Assembly: GCA_032718475.1 (NCBI GenBank)
Contig: JAUCBJ010000831.1
Coordinates: 1 to 58,722 of the forward strand
Origin: Nemertoderma westbladi
Taxonomy: Eukaryota; Animalia; Xenacoelomorpha
Length of the DNA stretch: 58,722 nucleotides
Reading direction: 5' to 3'
In this document: positions 50,689 through 58,722 of the stretch, piece after piece
How positions within the stretch are numbered: position 1 is the stretch's first letter
Layout: every line of letters starts with the position of its first letter
Translations under genes and position numbers: made by a program
The notes under the pieces: model-generated
The model's database searches: none
The model's input: the letters and a program-made list of their open reading frames with translations, nothing else
What the model was told of the DNA's origin: nothing

Positions 50689-53600
50689 ATGAATTCATTT
50701 CTAATTAACTATGACTCATCATCTAATTTACAGCTCCCTAAACGCCTTGGCATCGCGATATTGTTAATTAGCGCGATAATGTTTTGCTCAACATCAGCTG
50801 ATTATACATTCCCTACAACACGATATTGCGGTCGTGATCAGTTGATAACGAAAATGTTTGACATTTGCAACGGATGCTTTAATTCGCGGTCAACACGGGC
50901 TTCTCGAAGCAAAACATGTTAGTGCGAGGTCTGTGAGGTACAGTATGTTATCTTTATGGCTGGCGCAAACATTGTCGTCATGGCATGGAGAACTTGTCTT
51001 TTAAGTAGACTTTAAAGTGAAACCTCAATAACCTCTGTTCAAGTCTTTTTTTTTAATAAAAAAAAAACAACATTCCACCTCACTGCACTGGCAGTAATTC
51101 CAATGATATCGATGAAATTAATAAAAAGCCCTTCAATGTGGAAGGGACAGAGGAGACAAAGAGCAGGGGAGGGAAGATCGAGCCAATTATCTTTTTCATT
51201 TGTTGTTATTTGGGTCATTTGGGTCATTAACATGGTTAACAAACCCGAGCTGATGTAGTTGTCCAAACCAGTGGGTCATTAACGTGGTTAACAAACCCGA
51301 GCTGATGTAGTTGTCCGAACCAGTGGGTCATTAACGTGGTTAACAAACCCGTGCTGATGTAGTTGTCCAAACCAGTGGGTCATTAACCTGGTTAACAAAC
51401 CCGAGCTGATGTAGTTGTCCAAACCAGTGGGTCATTAACATGGTTAACAAAGCCGAGCTGATGTAGTTGTCCAAACCAGTGGGTCATTAACCTGGTTAAC
51501 AAACCCGAGCTGATGTAGTTGTCCAAACCAGTGGGTCATTAACATGGTTAACAAACCCGAGCTGATGTAGTTGTCCAAACCAGTGGGTCATTAACATGGT
51601 TAACAAACCCGAGCTGATGTAGTTGTCCAAACCAGTGGGTCATTAACATGGTGAACAAACCCGAGCTGATGTAGTTGTCCAAACCAGTGGGTCATTAACG
51701 TGGTTAACAAACCCGAGCTGATGTAGTTGTCCAAACCAGTGGGTCATTAACATGGTGAACAAACCCGAGCTGATGTAGTTGTCCAAACCAGTGGGTCATT
51801 AACATGGTTAACAAACCCGAGCTGATGTAGTTTTCCAAACCAGTAGGTCATTAACGTGGTGAACAAACCCGAGCTGATGTAGTTGTCCAAACCAGTGGGT
51901 CATTAACGTGGTGAACAAACCCGAGCTGATGTAGTTGTCCAAACCAGTGGGTCTTTAACGTGGTGAACAAACCCGAGCTGATGTAGTTGTCCAAACCAGT
52001 GGGTCATTAACGTGGTTAACAAACCCGAGCTGATGTAGTTGTCCAAACCAGTGGGTCATTAACGTGGTTAACAAACCCGAGCTGATGTAGTTGTCCAAAC
52101 CAGTGGGTCATTAACGTGGTTAACAAACCCGAGCTGATGTAGTTGTCAAACCAGTGGGTCATTAACGTGGTTAAAAAACCCGAGCTGATGTAGTTGTCCA
52201 AACCAGTGGGTCATTAACATGGTTAACAAACCCGAGCTGATGTAGTTGTCCAAACCAGTGGGTCATTAACGTGGTGAACAAACCCGAGCTGATGTAGTTG
52301 TCCAAACCAGTGGGTCATTAACGTGGTTAACAAACCCGAGCTGATGTAGTTGTCCAAACCAGTGGGTCTTTAACGTGGTGAACAAACCCGAGCTGATGTA
52401 GTTGTCCAAACCATTGGGTCATTAACGTGGTTAACAAACCCGAGCTGATGTAGTTGTCCAAACCAGTGGGTCATTAACGTGGTTAACAAACCGGAGCTGA
52501 TGTAGTTGTCCAAACCAGTGGGTCATTAACGTGGTTAACAAACCCGAGCTGATGTAGTTGTCCAAACCAGTGGGTCATTAACGTGGTTAACAAACCCGAG
52601 CTGATGTAGTTGTCCAAACCAGTGGGTCATTAACGTGGTTAACAAACCGGAGCTGATGTAGTTGTCCAAACCATTGGGTCATTAACGTGGTTAACAAACC
52701 CGAGCTGATGTAGTTGTCCAAACCAGTGGGTCATTAACGTGGTTAAAAAACCCGAGCTGATGTAGTTGTCCAAACCATTGGGTCATTAACGTGGTTAACA
52801 AACCCGAGCTGATGTAGTTGTCCAAACCAGTGGGTCATTAACGTGGTTAACAAACCCGAGCTGATGTAGTTGTCCAAACCAGTGGGTCATTAACGTGGTT
52901 AACAAAACCGAGCTGATGTAGTTGTCCAAACCAGTGGGTCATTAACGTGGTTAACAAAACCGAGCTGATGTAGTTGTCCAAACCAGTGGGTCATTAACGT
53001 GGTTAACAAACCCGAGCTGATGTAGTTGTCCGAACCAGTGGGTCATTAACGTGGTTAACAAACCCGTGCTGATGTAGTTGTCCAAACCAGTGGGTCATTA
53101 ACCTGGTTAACAAACCCGAGCTGATGTAGTTGTCCAAACCAGTGGGTCATTAACATGGTTAACAAAGCCGAGCTGATGTAGTTGTCCAAACCAGTGGGTC
53201 ATTAACCTGGTTAACAAACCCGAGCTGATGTAGTTGTCCAAACCAGTGGGTCATTAACATGGTTAACAAACCCGAGCTGATGTAGTTGTCCAAACCAGTG
53301 GGTCATTAACATGGTTAACAAACCCGAGCTGATGTAGTTGTCCAAACCAGTGGGTCATTAACATGGTGAACAAACCCGAGCTGATGTAGTTGTCCAAACC
53401 AGTGGGTCATTAACGTGGTTAACAAACCCGAGCTGATGTAGTTGTCCAAACCAGTGGGTCATTAACATGGTGAACAAACCCGAGCTGATGTAGTTGTCCA
53501 AACCAGTGGGTCATTAACATGGTTAACAAACCCGAGCTGATGTAGTTTTCCAAACCAGTAGGTCATTAACGTGGTGAACAAACCCGAGCTGATGTAGTTG

Positions 53601-56579
53601 TCCAAACCAGTGGGTCATTAACGTGGTGAACAAACCCGAGCTGATGTAGTTGTCCAAACCAGTGGGTCTTTAACGTGGTGAACAAACCCGAGCTGATGTA
53701 GTTGTCCAAACCAGTGGGTCATTAACGTGGTTAACAAACCCGAGCTGATGTAGTTGTCCAAACCAGTGGGTCATTAACGTGGTTAACAAACCCGAGCTGA
53801 TGTAGTTGTCCAAACCAGTGGGTCATTAACGTGGTTAACAAACCCGAGCTGATGTAGTTGTCAAACCAGTGGGTCATTAACGTGGTTAAAAAACCCGAGC
53901 TGATGTAGTTGTCCAAACCAGTGGGTCATTAACATGGTTAACAAACCCGAGCTGATGTAGTTGTCCAAACCAGTGGGTCATTAACGTGGTGAACAAACCC
54001 GAGCTGATGTAGTTGTCCAAACCAGTGGGTCATTAACGTGGTTAACAAACCCGAGCTGATGTAGTTGTCCAAACCAGTGGGTCTTTAACGTGGTGAACAA
54101 ACCCGAGCTGATGTAGTTGTCCAAACCATTGGGTCATTAACGTGGTTAACAAACCCGAGCTGATGTAGTTGTCCAAACCAGTGGGTCATTAACGTGGTTA
54201 ACAAACCGGAGCTGATGTAGTTGTCCAAACCAGTGGGTCATTAACGTGGTTAACAAACCCGAGCTGATGTAGTTGTCCAAACCAGTGGGTCATTAACGTG
54301 GTTAACAAACCCGAGCTGATGTAGTTGTCCAAACCAGTGGGTCATTAACGTGGTTAACAAACCGGAGCTGATGTAGTTGTCCAAACCATTGGGTCATTAA
54401 CGTGGTTAACAAACCCGAGCTGATGTAGTTGTCCAAACCAGTGGGTCATTAACGTGGTTAAAAAACCCGAGCTGATGTAGTTGTCCAAACCATTGGGTCA
54501 TTAACGTGGTTAACAAACCCGAGCTGATGTAGTTGTCCAAACCAGTGGGTCATTAACGTGGTTAACAAACCCGAGCTGATGTAGTTGTCCAAACCAGTGG
54601 GTCATTAACGTGGTTAACAAACCCGAGCTGATGTAGTTGTCCAAACCAGTGGGTCATTAACGTGGTTAACAAAACCGAGCTGATGTAGTTGTCCAAACCA
54701 GTGGGTCATTAACGTGGTTAACAAACCCGAGCTGATGTAGTTGTCCAAACCAGTGGGTCATTAACGTGGTTAACAAACCGGAGCTGATGTAGTTGTCCAA
54801 ACCATTGGGTCATTAACGTGGTTAACAAACCCGAGCTGATGTAGTTGTCCAAACCAGTGGGTCATTAACGTGGTTAAAAAACCCGAGCTGATGTAGTTGT
54901 CCAAACCAGTGGGTCATTAACATGGTTAACAAACCCGAGCTGATGTAGTTGTCCAAACCAGTGGGTCATTAACGTGGTTAACAAACCCGAGCTGATGTAG
55001 TTGTCCAAACCAGTGGGTCATTAACGTGGTTAACAAACCCGAGCTGATGTAGTTGTCCAAACCAGTGGGTCATTAACGTGGTTAACAAACCCGAGCTGAT
55101 GTAGTTGTCCAAACCAGTGGGTCATTAACGTGGTTAACAAACCCGAGCTGATGTAGTTGTCCAAACCAGTGCAATAACCTGGTATATGATAGTAAGGACA
55201 TACTTAATAGCACCATTATGATGAACATCAAGTAACACTTGGTGGTCACTCTGGTGATGTACTTTGTGACACTGTGTCTTATACAGTAGGTTGGCACGAT
55301 AACAATTCAGAGGCAAGATACTTTTGAGGGTGATAGGTATCACGACACTGGAGCGAATAATATAGGGATGAATGCAACATGATTTCACACATCACATGGA
55401 GTCGCCTCGCCTGGAGCAGGAGGCCATCAAGGGAGAATACCCATCGATTGAAGAAGGAACGGCTCCTCACTGCCATCACAGAAAGTAATTTAGTAAGATG
55501 AGAAAGTTGAGGTAGTGTTTCAGAGGATAGGGTTTCCTACAGGTTTCTGCATTTCCCAAGGTTTCCAATAAGAACCAAAATAAGATAGGCCCTAAGGAGC
55601 GTCAGCAATCTGAATCTGGGGGTTGATAGTAAATAGCGCAGGTATCTAAACTTCGTATTAGAAAATTATCAAGCAAACAGTCGGCCGAATTCGGAGGCGA
55701 CCCGAATGCTGCTCTTTCCATAGCTGCTACCCGAGGGTAGGGGTGGGCGCTACTCCTATCTGCTACCCGAGGGTAGGGGTGGGCGCTACTCCTATCTGCT
55801 ACCCGAAGGTAGGGGTGGGCGCTACTCCTATCTGCTACCCGAAGGTAGGGGTGGGTGCTACTCCTATCTGGTACCCGAGGGTAGGTGTGGGCGCTACTCC
55901 TATCTGCTAGCCGACGGTAGGGGTAGGCGCTACTCCTATCTGCTACCCGAAGATAGGGGTGGGCGCTATTCCTATCTGCTATCCGATGGTAGGCGTGGGC
56001 GCTACTCCTATCTGCTACCCGAGGGTAGTGGTGGGCGCTACTCCTATCTGCTACCCCAAGGTAGGGGTGGGCGCTATTCCTATCTGCTATCCGATGGTAG
56101 TGGTGGGCGCTACTCCTATCTGCTACCCGAGGGTAGTGGTGGGCGCTACTCCTATCTGCTACCCCAAGGTAGGGGTGGGCGCTATTCCTATCTGCTATCC
56201 GATGGTAGTGGTGGGCGCTACTCCTATCCCAAGATTTACGGTGGACCATGGCGGGGTTTGAACCGCTAATCGCCTAGTCGAACAATTATTATTAATCAAT
56301 ATTAAATAAATTAAACATTACAAATATTAATTAAATCAAACTATTTAACTGATTCTAGACTCCCCATTACTGATTTCGTCCCGACACGCAATGATGTTCC
56401 TCCGCGGCCGTGTGCGTCGGAACCTCGGAATAGCCTCAGAATGCTGCGACAAAAAATGCGACATTCGGGAGATGTGCGTCTACTGCAACCCGAACGCTGA
56501 AGAATGTCCACCTGTCGCGAATCCAGACACATCCTGCGCGGAGGCAGCTCGCATAATACGGGAGAATCGTAACCAATAG
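50689..56579 (+). CDS. Insulin-like peptide precursor; exons 50689 (or 50734)-50917 and 56359-56579
   Basis: Signal peptide, B chain YCGRDQLITKMFDICNGCF, phase-1 intron in the C peptide (T|gttagt...ttctag|AC), RVRR cleavage site, A chain GIASECCDKKCDIREMCVYC. The start is either ATG 50689 or an upstream exon joining the tttacag acceptor at 50733. Confidence 0.9.
51220..55170. repeat. 52-bp satellite, about 76 copies, in the insulin-like gene intron
   Basis: Unit gggtcattaacgtggttaacaaacccgagctgatgtagttgtccaaaccagt. Confidence 0.98.
55675..56280 (-). mobile_element. SINE-like element with an internally expanded 36-bp minisatellite (about 14 copies)
   Basis: B-box-like ggttcaaaccc on the minus strand near 56255; unit gctacccgagggtaggggtgggcgctactcctatct; unexpanded relative at 46140-46255. 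Confidence 0.75.
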
Positions 56580-57344
56580 CCACCACGGAACTGTCGCAAA
56601 ATTAGGGAGAATCGCAAACAATATCCACCCGGAACTGACTATGTGTATAGCTAGAACCGATAACTCGGTCCCTGTAAAGTATACCAGACTTTCTGCTGTT
56701 ATATTTCAATTTACCTGAAGTATACCAGGCTTTCACTATAAACCCAAGTTACAGAAGGGCTGGATCTAACCAAAATAATTGACTAATTAGTATCTGTACA
56801 GGTTATACAAAATAAGCATAAATAAAACACTTAATAAGGATAAACTTTAAAAAATACTCTTTCTTCATGTATAAAATTACAATAAAATTTCAACCGAAAA
56901 GTGAAAACCTGGTATTCTTCACAAGGATGGATAAATGATACGAAATATTGTAACAAGAAAAAAACCGGCAAATTGCAGTATAGTAATGGTTCTTGGTTGG
57001 TTTTGTAGGCGCCTGTATTATTTTATTGTTTTATATAAATGGATGCAAGGAAACTTACAAAGATTATGTACTTCCAGATTATGTTAGCCATTCTTTCAAG
57101 GTAGTCTTGCATTCATTCTATATTAATTAAATTACCGTATTTATAAAAAACTGGTATTCCTGTAAAGTGCAGTGCAACGTACGTATTTGAAACATTAAAT
57201 TCAAGTAACTAATAAATCACTATAATATTACAAATTTAAACATTATTCTTTTAACCGTTAACCAGCCTCAATAGATAAAATTGTTATACTGTTCTTCAAA
57301 CTATATCGCATAAACCCACATTACAATGTAGAAAGGCGAACAGA

Positions 57345-57870
57345 TAGACTACTACGATCGGCATGCTGCATTGCAGCTGCATTATATGTATATATATTAC
57401 ATATATATTAAGTCTGATGCTGTGTCGGCTTGTCGACAAAATTGCGCCGCCACAACTCCCTATCGCCCATGACTTTCGCGAGACTATCCGAATCTTCAAG
57501 GCCAATGTCATTTAACATGCGTCTCAAGAAAGTCATGGGCTGTCCACCATGCTTATTCATTCACTCCATGAGGCCGCCAAAGAACAAGATTATCACTAGC
57601 TAGTCATAACGGCAAAAGCATTGTCCTGCAAAGCAGAGGCGTTCCGTTCAAGTGTCAAGCTAGGGGAGACTAATAGAACACCTCCAATGTTATAGTGTCT
57701 GATTGGAGATGTGTTCCTTGTACTTGACGCAATCAACCCGGCGCAGCATTCTTGTGAAAGTGCCATCCAGAGATTTGGTAGCCTCTGCAGTTAGAGCCCA
57801 GCATGGACTCCCATATAAGAGTACTGGTATTACTGTTGTACTGCTGCCATTAATAATCGAACCTTAAGGA
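57345..57870 (-). mobile_element. Third RTE-like LINE fragment
   Basis: Reverse-complement similarity to 15685-16170, with a small internal rearrangement. Confidence 0.85.
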
Positions 57871-58254
57871 TAGTTATAAAACCCGAAAATAACGAAAAAG
57901 ACGAAATAATCAACGAAAATATCGAATTTATCAAACAATCTGCAAATTCTCGCTTTCCAGTACGATAGGTATTATTAGAAGGCACACTTTACATTTTGTA
58001 ATTAATAAAATCCGATTATTTCGCCACATTTTCGACGTTAAAAGTAATTTAATACCAAATACTGTCTGCTGGTTGGTTGTTAGGTGTTAGCTGTTGACCA
58101 ATGGCGGCTTGGATGAAATCAGTGTACTGCAGTATTGGTCTGGTGCATGGTTGAAGGAACCCAGAACCGGACCGGTACCCTAAACCAACACTGAACAATA
58201 GGGGATTAGGCATTCTGCATTCAGCATTAGGAGGTAGTTCAACAACAGATTACT

Positions 58255-58582
58255 ATCGGAGCGACGGAGTCTATTAAACCGGAACGATGGCAACGGAGTC
58301 TATTGAACCCGGAACGATGGCGACGGAGTCTATTAAACCTAGAACGATGGCGACGGAGTCGATTAAACCCGGAACGATGGCGACGGAGTCTATTGAACCC
58401 GGAACGATGGCGACGGAGTCTATTAAACCTAGAACGATGGCGACGGAGTCGATTAAACCCGGAACGATGGCGACGGAGTCTATTATACCCGGAACGAGGG
58501 CGACGGAGTCTATTAAACCTGGAACCATGGCCTCTTTTAAACCTAGCAGCCTGTGACGTTGGCGACGGAGTCCATTAAACCA
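58255..58582. repeat. 30-bp minisatellite
   Basis: Unit ggaacgatggcgacggagtctattaaaccc. Confidence 0.93.
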
Positions 58583-58722
58583 AGACCTACCGAATTAGGT
58601 AAATGATGGATTCCCTGAGGGAGAACGAGTTTACAACGGTTTTGATACAGTTTGGGGTAGGGCGGGTTGAGTTGACCTCAGGTCACCCAACCAACCTATC
58701 TAGAGACGAAACAACATATGTA

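Noticed and set aside
51220-55170. 52-bp array as a CRISPR array or tandem hammerhead ribozymes
   Set aside because: No unique spacers and no cas genes. ctgatgt and caaac deviate from the CUGANGA and GAAA cores, and no stem I forms.
55602-56261. 215-aa His/Arg-rich repeat ORF and its antisense ORF
   Set aside because: Translation of the 36-bp SINE-derived minisatellite.
58274-58578. Three overlapping repeat ORFs
   Set aside because: Translations of a 30-bp minisatellite.

Overview
AT-rich, repeat-dense genomic DNA of an invertebrate animal (spliceosomal introns, no prokaryotic signals). Three host genes can be assembled by hand: a secreted fibrinogen-related (FReD) gene (-, about 7.8-12.9 kb, possibly damaged, with a paralogous exon near 2 kb), a five-exon essential myosin light chain gene (-, 20.2-30.3 kb), and a cysteine-rich insulin-like peptide gene (+, 50.7-56.6 kb). 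The rest is nested mobile DNA: a 5.3-kb foldback element with three insertions, TA-flanked and hAT non-autonomous transposons, a full-length L2/CR1-group LINE, RTE fragments, SINEs and many minisatellites. The most unusual object is a 12.8-kb non-autonomous BEL/Pao retroelement. It is bounded by two near-identical 3.03-kb direct repeats, each carrying an unrecognised 483-codon zinc-finger reading frame interrupted by a single in-frame TGA. All calls were made by eye; no alignments or database searches were run.
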